Source: Deferribacterales bacterium (GTDB lineage: Bacteria; Chrysiogenota; Deferribacteres; Deferribacterales; Geovibrionaceae). Taken from it: 64,000 nt of DNA. The stretch covers positions 64,001 to 128,000 of the forward strand of contig JBFWMA010000003.1 in assembly GCA_050251875.1 (NCBI GenBank). Direction: 5' to 3'. Each line of letters starts with the position of its first letter. Position 1 is the first letter of the stretch. The notes below the pieces were generated by a model. That model had not been told where the DNA came from. It did not search any database and worked only from the letters and a program-made list of their open reading frames with translations. Positions 30,259 through 39,536 of this stretch are shown here, piece by piece. The translations under genes and the position numbers were made by a program.

Positions 30259-32343
30259 ATGGCAGATATTAAAGACTATTTAGGGGTTTTAAAGCAGAAG
30301 GAGATATCTTTCTCCGTTTTTTTCATGACCATACTGGCTGTCATGATTCTGCCCATGCCCACCATCATTCTCGACCTGCTTCTGACATCCAGCATCGCCC
30401 TGTCGGTTATCATTCTGATGGTGGCTATACATTCCGATGAACCGCTGAAATTTTCCACATTTCCCACAGTTCTGCTGATAACCACCCTGTTCAGGCTCTC
30501 TCTGAACGTGGCGACCACCAGAACCATCCTTCTGCACGGATCGGAAGGAGAAGAGGCGGCGGGATCGGTCATCAACGCTTTCGGACAGTTTGTTGTCGGC
30601 GGTAACTATACCGTCGGTATCATCATATTCCTGATACTCGTGCTGATTAACTTCATGGTAATCACCAAAGGTTCAACCCGTATCGCTGAAGTCGCCGCCA
30701 GATTCACACTGGACGCTATGCCCGGAAAACAGATGGCTATCGATGCCGACCTGAACGCCGGACTCATAGACGAAGACACAGCCAAGCAGAAACGCCAGAA
30801 CATCCAGAAGGAGGCGGACTACTTCGGAGCCATGGACGGTGCGAGTAAATTTGTCAGAGGAGACGCCGTTGCCGGTCTCATCATCACCGCCATCAACATC
30901 ATAGGCGGTCTTTCGCTGGGCGTTCTTCAGTCGGACATGAGCCTGACGGAAGCGGCGTCACGATACACCATCCTCACCGTGGGTGACGGTCTGGTGTCAC
31001 AGATTCCCTCGCTGATCATCTCCACATCAGCGGGTATCATCGTTTCCAGAGCCGGAGGTTCCGGAGATCTTTCCGGTCAGCTCTTCGGACAGCTTTTCAA
31101 CAGCACAAAAGTTCTGGGCATCACAGGGGGGATACTTCTGTTCTTCGCCATCATCCCCGGCATGCCCAAGATATCATTCATAATGCTCGCCGCTCTTATG
31201 TTCTATCTGGTCTATCTGAGCAAAGGACAGAAAGAGGACGAGAAAGAGACCAAGAAGAAAGAGGAAGCGGAGAAAGAGAGAGCGCCCATGCCGGAGGAGG
31301 ACGAGGTGAAAAGTCTTCTGGAGATGGACGTTCTGGAGCTGGAGATAGGATTTGCCCTTATCCCGCTGGTGGACGCCGGACAGGGCGGAACTCTGCTGAA
31401 CCGTATAAAATCAATCCGCCGTCAGCTTGCTCTGGAGATGGGCTTTATCGTGCCTCCGGTGCGCATCAGAGACAATCTTCAGCTGGACGCCAACGGATAC
31501 GCCCTGATGCTAAAAGGCGTGCGGATCAACTCAGGCTCTATATTCCCGGATAAATTCCTCATCATGAACCCTGACGGCAACGTGTCCAAATATGACGGCA
31601 TCCCCACCAAAGAACCTGCTTTCGGTCTGGACGCCAAATGGGTGGACATGGCTGTGAAAGAGATGGCAGAGGTAGACGGATGCACCATAGTGGATCCCGC
31701 CACCGTCATCGCCACGCACCTTACAGAGATAATCAAAACCAACGCTCACGAGCTCCTCGGCAGACAGGAGACTCAGGAGCTATTGAATAAACTGAAAGAG
31801 AAATATCCCAAGCTGGTGGACGATGTTATCCCCAGCATACTCGATCTGGGTACTGTGAACAGAGTCCTTCAGGCTCTGCTGAGAGAGAGGGTCTCCGTCA
31901 GAAACCTTCAGACTATTATGGAGGTTATGGCTACATACGGCATGCAGAACAAATCGCCCGATTTTCTCATCGAGCGTGTGCGGATGGTTCTTAAGCGCCA
32001 GATAACAGAAGCCATGCTGGCGGCGGACGGAAAACTATATGTATTTACACTGCCGTCTAAAGTGGAACAGCTCCTGGCGTCTAATCTCCAGAAAGGGGAT
32101 GAAGGACAGGAGATCATTATAGACCCCTCTGTTGCACAAAAAATTCTTTCAGCTATAATAAGTAAATGCGATCAGTGCGTCGCAAAGGGACTTCCGCCCG
32201 TGCTTATTGTTTCTCCCCCCCTGAGGCTGGCGATGAGACGCTTCGCAGAGAAGTTCGTCCGCACCATAAACATCATGTCTCACAATGAAATAGGAGATAA
32301 CGTGAAGATAGAGAGCTTGGGCATGCTGGAGATTAATCTATGA
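30259..32343 (+). CDS. flhA: Flagellar export gate protein FlhA
   Basis: RIAEVAARFTLDAMPGKQMAIDADL, GAMDGASKFVRGD. Confidence 0.99.
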   Translation: MADIKDYLGVLKQKEISFSVFFMTILAVMILPMPTIILDLLLTSSIALSVIILMVAIHSDEPLKFSTFPTVLLITTLFRLSLNVATTRTILLHGSEGEEAAGSVINAFGQFVVGGNYTVGIIIFLILVLINFMVITKGSTRIAEVAARFTLDAMPGKQMAIDADLNAGLIDEDTAKQKRQNIQKEADYFGAMDGASKFVRGDAVAGLIITAINIIGGLSLGVLQSDMSLTEAASRYTILTVGDGLVSQIPSLIISTSAGIIVSRAGGSGDLSGQLFGQLFNSTKVLGITGGILLFFAIIPGMPKISFIMLAALMFYLVYLSKGQKEDEKETKKKEEAEKERAPMPEEDEVKSLLEMDVLELEIGFALIPLVDAGQGGTLLNRIKSIRRQLALEMGFIVPPVRIRDNLQLDANGYALMLKGVRINSGSIFPDKFLIMNPDGNVSKYDGIPTKEPAFGLDAKWVDMAVKEMAEVDGCTIVDPATVIATHLTEIIKTNAHELLGRQETQELLNKLKEKYPKLVDDVIPSILDLGTVNRVLQALLRERVSVRNLQTIMEVMATYGMQNKSPDFLIERVRMVLKRQITEAMLAADGKLYVFTLPSKVEQLLASNLQKGDEGQEIIIDPSVAQKILSAIISKCDQCVAKGLPPVLIVSPPLRLAMRRFAEKFVRTINIMSHNEIGDNVKIESLGMLEINL

Positions 32344-33554
32344 GAATAAAGAAGTACGAGGCCTTCGACATGAAGGAGGCTCTCAGACTTATCAAAGAGG
32401 AGCTGGGATCTGAAGCGGTGATTTTATCCACAAGAAAAGTGGTGAAAAACAACAGCTTCGGGCTTTTCTCACGCCCTATCATAGAAGTAACCGCCGGCGT
32501 GGACGATGACGAAAGACTGAAATCCAGAAAGACTGTCGGAGCGAATGTGGAAGACAGCTATGCCCAGACATATAAACCTGTCTTCAAGCCTATCAGCACA
32601 GAACCGGAAAAGAAAGACACAGACAAAATAGTAGAGATTATCAACGCTCTGGGACTGCACAAGTTCGACAGCATGATATCCGACATAGCCGATATCAAAA
32701 AACAGATGCTGGAGATGAAATCCAGCATGAAAGAAAATATCTCTGTCGATCTGATCCCCGCCGTTATGGAATTTTACTCTATTCTGGTGAAAAACGGCGT
32801 GGACGATGTGATCGCGTATAAATTCCTGAAAAAGATCGAGAAGAGAGCCTCCACGGCGGAACTGACACGCAATCAGGTGAAAAACCTGACAGCCCAGCTC
32901 CTAAGCGAGCTGATTCCGGTGGAAAAAGACTATTTCTCAAACATAAAGCAGAAGGTGCTGGCAGTGGTCGGTCCCACAGGCGTGGGGAAAACCACCACCA
33001 TAGCCAAGATAGCCGCCAACCTCAGCCTCTCGCTGAACAAGTCGGTGGCGCTCATCACCATAGACAATTTCCGTATAGGCGCTGTGGAACAGCTCCGCAC
33101 CTATGCCGAGATAGTAAAGATCCCCCTGCGTGTGGCGGCGACTCCCAACGAGCTGGAGCACGTCATTAACGAGTGCAGGGATTTCGAGTATGTCTTCATC
33201 GATTCCATGGGCAGAAGCCAGTTCGACAACGACCAGATAGCAGAGCTGCGCAGGTTTATGGATGTGGACAACAGAATCAAGGTGGCGCTGGTTCTCTCCA
33301 TGAGCAGCAACCACGCGGAGCTGTCGGAGACCTATGACAGATATTCGAAACTTCTGCCGGAATACCTTATTTTTACTAAACTGGACGAAACAAAATATTT
33401 CGGTCCGCTGATAAATTTGCCGATTAAAAAGAAAACGCCCCTTATGTTACTGTCAAAGGGGCAGAATGTACCGGACGATATGGAACTTCCCGATGGCAAG
33501 AAAATTGCTTTTAAAGTTCTAAGCGAGATACCGTCCATGTGGAGCGACAAATGA
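32340..33554 (+). CDS. flhF: SRP-family GTPase FlhF
   Basis: GPTGVGKTTT, FRIGAVEQL, TKLDET, GQNVPDD. Confidence 0.96.
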   Translation: MRIKKYEAFDMKEALRLIKEELGSEAVILSTRKVVKNNSFGLFSRPIIEVTAGVDDDERLKSRKTVGANVEDSYAQTYKPVFKPISTEPEKKDTDKIVEIINALGLHKFDSMISDIADIKKQMLEMKSSMKENISVDLIPAVMEFYSILVKNGVDDVIAYKFLKKIEKRASTAELTRNQVKNLTAQLLSELIPVEKDYFSNIKQKVLAVVGPTGVGKTTTIAKIAANLSLSLNKSVALITIDNFRIGAVEQLRTYAEIVKIPLRVAATPNELEHVINECRDFEYVFIDSMGRSQFDNDQIAELRRFMDVDNRIKVALVLSMSSNHAELSETYDRYSKLLPEYLIFTKLDETKYFGPLINLPIKKKTPLMLLSKGQNVPDDMELPDGKKIAFKVLSEIPSMWSDK

Positions 33555-34396
33555 CGGATCAGGCGCACAGCCTGCGAAAGAAGGCGTGGGAGCAGAACAG
33601 AAAGGCTACATACATCTCCGTTTCCAGCGGAAAGGGCGGTGTGGGCAAAACAAATTTTGCCGTTAACCTTGCGTGTCTGCTGTCTCAGCTGGGAAAAAAA
33701 GTCCTTGTTTTCGACGCAGATCTTGGGCTTGCCAATGTTGACATTCTGCTGAACATCAGCGTAACTGCCTCCATCAGAAAATATCTGACCGGAGAAGCGG
33801 GACTTAATGATATCATCAAGAAGAATGTCCAGGGCATAGACGTCATACCTGCGTCCAGCGGATTCATGGAGCTTTCCAGCCTGTCTGAGGCCGAACACGA
33901 AAAACTGCTGGATATTTTCGTGCTCTTAGACCCGCACTACGATTTCATCATTTTCGACACAGGAGCCGGCATCTCCGAAAACGTCATCAGGTTCACTTCC
34001 ATCGCTGATCTGGTGATTGTGCTGACAGTGCCCGAGCCCACTGCCATCACCGATGCGTATGCCTTTATGAAGGTGGTTCACTTTCAGTACGGCATATCCG
34101 ACATTCACTTTGTTCTGAACAGAGTGGACGATGTGCAGGGCGTTAAGGGGATTTTTGAGAGTATGAAAAATGTCGCGCGGAAATTTCTTAATGTGGAGCT
34201 TAATCTGCTGGGATATCTGCGGGAGGACAAAACTCTTATAAAATCCGTTAAGAGCCAGAAGCCTGTCTGCATACTCGCCCCGAACACTGCCTACGTCAAA
34301 GATCTGCTGGTGATAGCCCGCAAGATCACAGGGCAGCTGGACACAGAGGTCAGAAAGGTCAACCTCTATGAGAGGCTGAAAGAGGTGTTCAAATGA
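33551..34396 (+). CDS. flhG: MinD/ParA family ATPase FlhG (FleN)
   Basis: DQA N-terminus, SGKGGVGKT, DADLGLAN, PEPTAITDAY; ATG 33551 overlaps flhF stop. Confidence 0.95.
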   Translation: MTDQAHSLRKKAWEQNRKATYISVSSGKGGVGKTNFAVNLACLLSQLGKKVLVFDADLGLANVDILLNISVTASIRKYLTGEAGLNDIIKKNVQGIDVIPASSGFMELSSLSEAEHEKLLDIFVLLDPHYDFIIFDTGAGISENVIRFTSIADLVIVLTVPEPTAITDAYAFMKVVHFQYGISDIHFVLNRVDDVQGVKGIFESMKNVARKFLNVELNLLGYLREDKTLIKSVKSQKPVCILAPNTAYVKDLLVIARKITGQLDTEVRKVNLYERLKEVFK

Positions 34397-34418
34397 GCCT
34401 GCTTAACGGGAGGGCATC

Positions 34419-34622
34419 ATGAACTTATCCTACAGAGAAATGGCACTGCTCATCTCTTCCACGATCTTCATCATCTCTTTTGTGATGAAATTCGTGATTT
34501 TAGATGTAAAATTGACTTATATGTTCAGGGACATTATAATGTTCTTCGCAATCTATATGATTGCCAAGAACTTGTTTTTTATGATAGACCGAATATTAAT
34601 TAACTTCAGGAAAATAATGTGA
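34419..34622 (+). CDS. Small two-TM hypothetical membrane protein
   Basis: 67-aa hydrophobic ORF with GGAGG RBS; stop overlaps fliA start. Confidence 0.7.
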   Translation: MNLSYREMALLISSTIFIISFVMKFVILDVKLTYMFRDIIMFFAIYMIAKNLFFMIDRILINFRKIM

Positions 34623-35356
34623 CACCTTACGAGTCCATGTCCGGCAACAGATTTAGCCGTGAAGAGAAAGAAAAAATTATTCTCGAATTCATGCCTAAGA
34701 TTAAATCATGGGTACTGCGTCTCAGTACCACTCTGCCCGACAGCGTTGATGTGGACGATCTCTATTCATCCGCCTGTCTGGGGCTCATAGAGTCTCTGGA
34801 GAGGTTCGACAAAGACAGAAACGTTAATTTCTATACATACGGCGAAAGACGGATTAAAGGCGCGATACTCGATACCCTGCGCAATCTGGACTTTCTCCCC
34901 CGCAACGTGCGCACAAGGCTGAAACAGCTGGAAAGGCACATGGACAGTCACTATCGCAAAGAGGGCGTGAAGCCCAGCGTGGAAGAGATTCTGGAGAACA
35001 GCGACTTTACCGAGACAGAGATTCACAGGCTCCAGGAGCTGATGGAAAACGACAAGGTTCTGAGTCTGGACGAGACAGTGGGACCGGAGGGCGAATCAAC
35101 ACTGGTGGATTTCATCCGCTACGCCGGACTCACCCCCGAAGACGAAACAATGAAAAACAGGCTGGTTCAGAAACTGGCAGAAGAGATAGACAGCCTTAAC
35201 GAAAAAGAGAAATATGTAGTTTCACTCTATTATTATGAAGAGCTGACAATGAAAGAGATAGCCGAGGTTCTGGGCATCACGGAATCCAGGGTATCTCAGA
35301 TACATTCGGCGGCAGCCTCTAAGTTGCAGAAGAGACTGAGGGAATTTTATGAATAA
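34619..35356 (+). CDS. fliA: RNA polymerase sigma-28 factor
   Basis: RIKGAILDTLR, LYYYEELTMKEIAEVLGITESRVSQIH. Confidence 0.96.
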   Translation: MTPYESMSGNRFSREEKEKIILEFMPKIKSWVLRLSTTLPDSVDVDDLYSSACLGLIESLERFDKDRNVNFYTYGERRIKGAILDTLRNLDFLPRNVRTRLKQLERHMDSHYRKEGVKPSVEEILENSDFTETEIHRLQELMENDKVLSLDETVGPEGESTLVDFIRYAGLTPEDETMKNRLVQKLAEEIDSLNEKEKYVVSLYYYEELTMKEIAEVLGITESRVSQIHSAAASKLQKRLREFYE

Positions 35357-36416
35357 GATTAGTGTTCTGGTGGTGGACGATTCCGCTTTTATGAGAAAAG
35401 CCATAGAGAGCATGCTGGCTAAGGATCCTGATATTCAGGTTGTCGGCTTTGCGGCTAACGGGCTTGAAGCCATAGAGAAGGTTCGCACACTGAAGCCGGA
35501 CGTTGTGACTCTTGATATAGAAATGCCCAGAATGGACGGTCTGACCGCTCTGGAAAAAATCATGGCGGAGAACCCTCTTCCCGTTATCATGGTGAGCTCG
35601 CTCACCACAGAGGGAGCGGACGCCACTCTGAAGGCTCTCGATCTGGGCGCCGTGGACTTTATTCCGAAAGATAAATCATTCGCCAGTTTCGGCGTGCTGA
35701 AGATAGAAGACGATCTGAGAGACAAGGTGAAAAACTTCGGCAGAAGGAAACACTTTTTCTCACGCCCCAGACGTCCCGCAGCCCCCTCGGGCATAGCGGC
35801 GCCTGTGGCTCCCACCATCACTAAAGCGGCTCCGAAAATCGGCGCCAAGAAAAAACTGGTTATCATCGGCACATCCACCGGAGGTCCCCAGTCGCTCCAG
35901 AAAGTAATCCCCATGCTGCCCGCCGACCTTGGCGTGCCCGTGGTTATAGTTCAGCATATGCCCCCCAACTTCACAAAATCACTGGCGCAGAGGCTCGATT
36001 CTCTGAGCAAGGTGAGAGTTATGGAGGCGCAGGGCAGAGAACAGCTCGAGCCAAACACTGTGTACATAGCCAAAGGCGGCATGCACCTTAAACTCAAAAA
36101 ATCCGGTATGGGCTGGATGACAGAGGTCACACCCGACCCCGCTAACACCCTTCACATCCCCAGCGTGGACGTGACAGCGGCATCCGTTGCGGAAGTCGCC
36201 GGAAAAGACGCCCTCGGTGTTATCATGACTGGGATGGGATCTGACGGTATGAAGGGGCTTCAGCTTCTGAAGCTGAAAGGCGGCAACGTAATAGCGCAGA
36301 ACGAAGCTACCTGCGTGGTATACGGAATGCCCAGAGCCGTTGTGGAATCCAATTTTCATGACGAGGTTGTCCCCCTCGAAGAGATATATCAGCGCATAGT
36401 CGCATATTGTAAATAA
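35349..36416 (+). CDS. cheB: Chemotaxis methylesterase CheB
   Basis: REC domain plus GTSTGGP, QHMPP, MTGMGSDG, VVYGMP. Confidence 0.98.
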   Translation: MNKISVLVVDDSAFMRKAIESMLAKDPDIQVVGFAANGLEAIEKVRTLKPDVVTLDIEMPRMDGLTALEKIMAENPLPVIMVSSLTTEGADATLKALDLGAVDFIPKDKSFASFGVLKIEDDLRDKVKNFGRRKHFFSRPRRPAAPSGIAAPVAPTITKAAPKIGAKKKLVIIGTSTGGPQSLQKVIPMLPADLGVPVVIVQHMPPNFTKSLAQRLDSLSKVRVMEAQGREQLEPNTVYIAKGGMHLKLKKSGMGWMTEVTPDPANTLHIPSVDVTAASVAEVAGKDALGVIMTGMGSDGMKGLQLLKLKGGNVIAQNEATCVVYGMPRAVVESNFHDEVVPLEEIYQRIVAYCK

Positions 36417-36420
36417 GAAA

Positions 36421-36519
36421 TCTCCCCTAACCCCTCTTTAGAAAAGAGGGGAAAAAGCACAGGATGTGCTTCGTGGAGCGATCGGAAATTTTCTGTAGGG
36501 CGGTATTTTACATACCGCC
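36421..36519. repeat. Cluster of three REP-like hairpins between cheB and fliM
   Basis: CCCCTCTTT-AGA-AAAGAGGGG (36431-36451); AAGCACA-GGA-TGTGCTT (36455-36471); GTAG+GGCGGTAT-TTTAC-ATACCGCC (36495-36519). Confidence 0.6.
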
Positions 36520-36546
36520 GCAATTGTATAAAGGAGCGAACAGTTA

Positions 36547-37557
36547 ATGGCGGATATTCTTAGTCAGGAGGAAATTGACGCCCTGCTTTCCACCGTATCC
36601 ACTGATGACGACATTTCCGAAGAATCTGTCGAACAGTTGGATTTCGTCCCGAAGAAGATTTCCGTTTATGACTTCCGCAGACCTGACCGTGTCAGCAAGG
36701 AACAGCTCCGCTCCATACGCAACCTGCACGACAAATTCGCCAGAAACTATTCATCTACTCTGTCGAATTATCTCAGAACTATCACAGACATAACCCTTAC
36801 ATCAGTGGATCAGATGACATACGGCGAATTTCTGATGTCTCTGCCTGATCCCACCAGTTTCAACATCATCAGCATGATCCCCATGGAGGGCAACACCGTT
36901 CTGGAGATCAACCCTTCGCTGGTTTTTCCCATCGTGGATAAACTGCTGGGCGGCACAGGAAAGCCCCTGTTCCAGACCAGAGAGCTCACCACGCTGGAAC
37001 AGCACATTATGGACGGCATACTCGGACTGATCCTGAAAGATCTGGAGGAAGTCTGGCGCCAGATCATCCCCAACATCCGCATGAAGAAGGAACTGAGCGA
37101 AAACAGCCCCCACATCATTCAGATCGTTTCACAGAATGAGGTTGTCATTCTGGTGGTATTCGAGGTCAAGTTCGGCGAGGTGCTGGGCATGATGAACCTC
37201 TGTATTCCGGCGATCGTTCTGGAACCTGTTCTGGGCAAAATCAGCTCCACTGACTGGCTCATCGGCGCCAAAAAAGGTCAGACAGGCGACAACGAACAGG
37301 AAATTCTCACCATTCTCAACGAAACAGAAGTGGATACCAATGTATATATGGGACACAGCAAGCTGAACATAGAGGAGATACTCGATCTTTCCAGAGGAGA
37401 TCTCGTTATGTTCAAGGTGAAAAGCGACAGACCCTCAGAAATTTTTATCAACAACAAGAAAAAGTTTCTGGGAACTGTCGGCACTCTCGGCGTGAAAAAG
37501 GCCGTAAAAATAACCGAATTTATCACGGAGAATAAGGATGAAAACACCGCTGAGTGA
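36547..37557 (+). CDS. fliM: Flagellar motor switch protein FliM
   Basis: MADILSQEEIDALL, YDFRRPDRVSKEQLR. Confidence 0.98.
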   Translation: MADILSQEEIDALLSTVSTDDDISEESVEQLDFVPKKISVYDFRRPDRVSKEQLRSIRNLHDKFARNYSSTLSNYLRTITDITLTSVDQMTYGEFLMSLPDPTSFNIISMIPMEGNTVLEINPSLVFPIVDKLLGGTGKPLFQTRELTTLEQHIMDGILGLILKDLEEVWRQIIPNIRMKKELSENSPHIIQIVSQNEVVILVVFEVKFGEVLGMMNLCIPAIVLEPVLGKISSTDWLIGAKKGQTGDNEQEILTILNETEVDTNVYMGHSKLNIEEILDLSRGDLVMFKVKSDRPSEIFINNKKKFLGTVGTLGVKKAVKITEFITENKDENTAE

Positions 37558-38452
37558 CGATCAACATGCCATGTTTACCGATGTGGTTCAGAATGTTTTT
37601 CAGAATACTCTGGACAGCATGTTCGATAAAGATATCACCCTGTCATTCATACAGGTTGTAAACGCCTCCCCGGACGATCTCGCCGAGGGCTATGAGGGAC
37701 AGACTCTGATCCTCGCCACGGAAGAGAAGACAGGCATGGAAGCGGGACTTATATTCAAGACCGTGGATATCACATATCTGACTAATCTGATGATGATGAT
37801 GGACGAGCCCGGCAAAGATACTCTGGAATCTGACGACAAAGACGCCATAAAAGAGCTGGCTTCGCAGGTTCTCGCCTCCTGTTCCGTGCCCGTGGAGGAG
37901 AAGACTGGAGTTAAGGTTTCATTCCGTGTGGACGATGTTATGGTAAATGACGCTCCGGCGTTATTCCAGGCTTCCGAATATATGATGGCGGACGGTTCTC
38001 TGTCCATCGGAGAGCAGAACACCACTTTCCGTTTTTATACTGACGCTTCTCTCTTGAACCTCTTTTCAGGCGGTTCAGGAGCCGGAATGGACGAAGAACC
38101 CGATTTCGGAGCGGCGTTCAAGTTTCCGGACGAAGAGCAGATGTCCATGCCCGACCTGGGCGGAGGACATTCCATACCCGGAGCTCATCCGCAGAACCTT
38201 GATCTGCTGCTTGATATTGATGTTCCTGTCAGCGTCAAAATGGGCTCGACAAATATGTTTTTAAAGGACATACTTACTATGGGCTCAGGAAACATAATTG
38301 AGCTCGATGAATCCGCCGATGAGCCTGTTGAACTTGTGATAAACAACAAAGTCATAGCCAGAGGCGAGGTTGTCATCGTTGATGGTTATTTTGGTTTCAG
38401 AATCAAAGAAATTGTCAGCCGCGCAGAACGTATTAAGAAATTAAAAGATTGA
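37538..38452 (+). CDS. fliN: Flagellar motor switch protein FliN/FliY (CheC-like N-terminus + SpoA domain)
   Basis: NLDLLLDIDVPVSVKMG, IARGEVVIVDGYFGFRI; about 200-aa N-terminal extension. Confidence 0.9.
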   Translation: MKTPLSDDQHAMFTDVVQNVFQNTLDSMFDKDITLSFIQVVNASPDDLAEGYEGQTLILATEEKTGMEAGLIFKTVDITYLTNLMMMMDEPGKDTLESDDKDAIKELASQVLASCSVPVEEKTGVKVSFRVDDVMVNDAPALFQASEYMMADGSLSIGEQNTTFRFYTDASLLNLFSGGSGAGMDEEPDFGAAFKFPDEEQMSMPDLGGGHSIPGAHPQNLDLLLDIDVPVSVKMGSTNMFLKDILTMGSGNIIELDESADEPVELVINNKVIARGEVVIVDGYFGFRIKEIVSRAERIKKLKD

Positions 38453-38509
38453 CAGTAACGGTTAATTTAGAAATAATATAAATAAGACAAACAAGGTGGA
38501 GGATCCGAA

Positions 38510-38887
38510 ATGGCTTATGACCACGTGATTATTACGGTTGATGACTCTTCAACTATGCGAAGAATCATCAAAAACACGCTGACTAAGCTTGGCTTCAATA
38601 ACGTTCTGGAAGCGGGTAACGGTGTTGAGGGACTTGATGTGCTGGCTAAGAACGAAGTGGATCTGATCATTACCGACTGGAACATGCCGGAGATGGACGG
38701 ACTCACATTCGTTAAGACTCTCAGAGCCAAAGACGAGTACAAAGAAACCCCCATTCTCATGGTTACTACCGAAGCCGCAAAAGAGGATATCCTGACTGCT
38801 CTGCGCAGTGGTGTGAACAACTATGTCGTTAAACCTTTCACACCGGATACCCTTCAGGAAAAGGTGAATAAGCTTCTGGGACTGTAA
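38510..38887 (+). CDS. cheY: Chemotaxis response regulator CheY
   Basis: VDDSSTMRRI, TDWNMPEMDG, MVTTE, YVVKPF. Confidence 0.97.
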   Translation: MAYDHVIITVDDSSTMRRIIKNTLTKLGFNNVLEAGNGVEGLDVLAKNEVDLIITDWNMPEMDGLTFVKTLRAKDEYKETPILMVTTEAAKEDILTALRSGVNNYVVKPFTPDTLQEKVNKLLGL

Positions 38888-38888
38888 T

Positions 38889-39521
38889 ATGTCTGATTAC
38901 AAAGACATAAATGAGCTTCTGGATATTGCCAGAAGTATCAATGAAGGAAATTATGATGTTGTCAGCGTTGATGTAAACGCCGAAAACGAACTTTTTCATA
39001 TCGCGCAATATTTCAGTGACGCGGTCAATAAACTGAAAGCTGTGTTCGATACGGTCGAGGACAGCTATGAAGACCTCCCCGGATTCGAAGACACCCTGAA
39101 AACTATTATCTCCGATTCAAAAACAGCGTCAGAGAACGTTCTCTCATGCGTTGACAGAATAAATTTCATTACCGATGACATAAAAGAAAACCTCCAGACC
39201 ATTAAATCTCAGGTGGAGGCGGGAACATACGGACAGGCGGGCGGAATCATCGATCGTCTGCGTGACAAAGCGCTCTCCGGACAGGATACTTGCTTTGATA
39301 TTATAGCTTCTCTTGAATTTCAGGATATTACCAAGCAGAAAATAGATAAACTTGTTAAAATAATATACGACCTTCAGGAGAGGATGGCGCATCTTGTTCT
39401 GATGTTCGGCATTAAAGAGAATAAGATTGATGTCCATATGCTGGACAAAATAAAAGATAAAAAAGACTTACTCAAAGATCAGAACCTTGTTGACGAACTG
39501 CTCAAAGAGTTCGGTCAATAA
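38889..39521 (+). CDS. cheZ: CheZ-like phosphatase
   Basis: SLEFQDITKQKI (DxxxQ), C-terminal QNLVDELLKEFG; lies between cheY and cheA. Confidence 0.85.
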   Translation: MSDYKDINELLDIARSINEGNYDVVSVDVNAENELFHIAQYFSDAVNKLKAVFDTVEDSYEDLPGFEDTLKTIISDSKTASENVLSCVDRINFITDDIKENLQTIKSQVEAGTYGQAGGIIDRLRDKALSGQDTCFDIIASLEFQDITKQKIDKLVKIIYDLQERMAHLVLMFGIKENKIDVHMLDKIKDKKDLLKDQNLVDELLKEFGQ

Positions 39522-39536
39522 GCTCTGGAGGGCACC

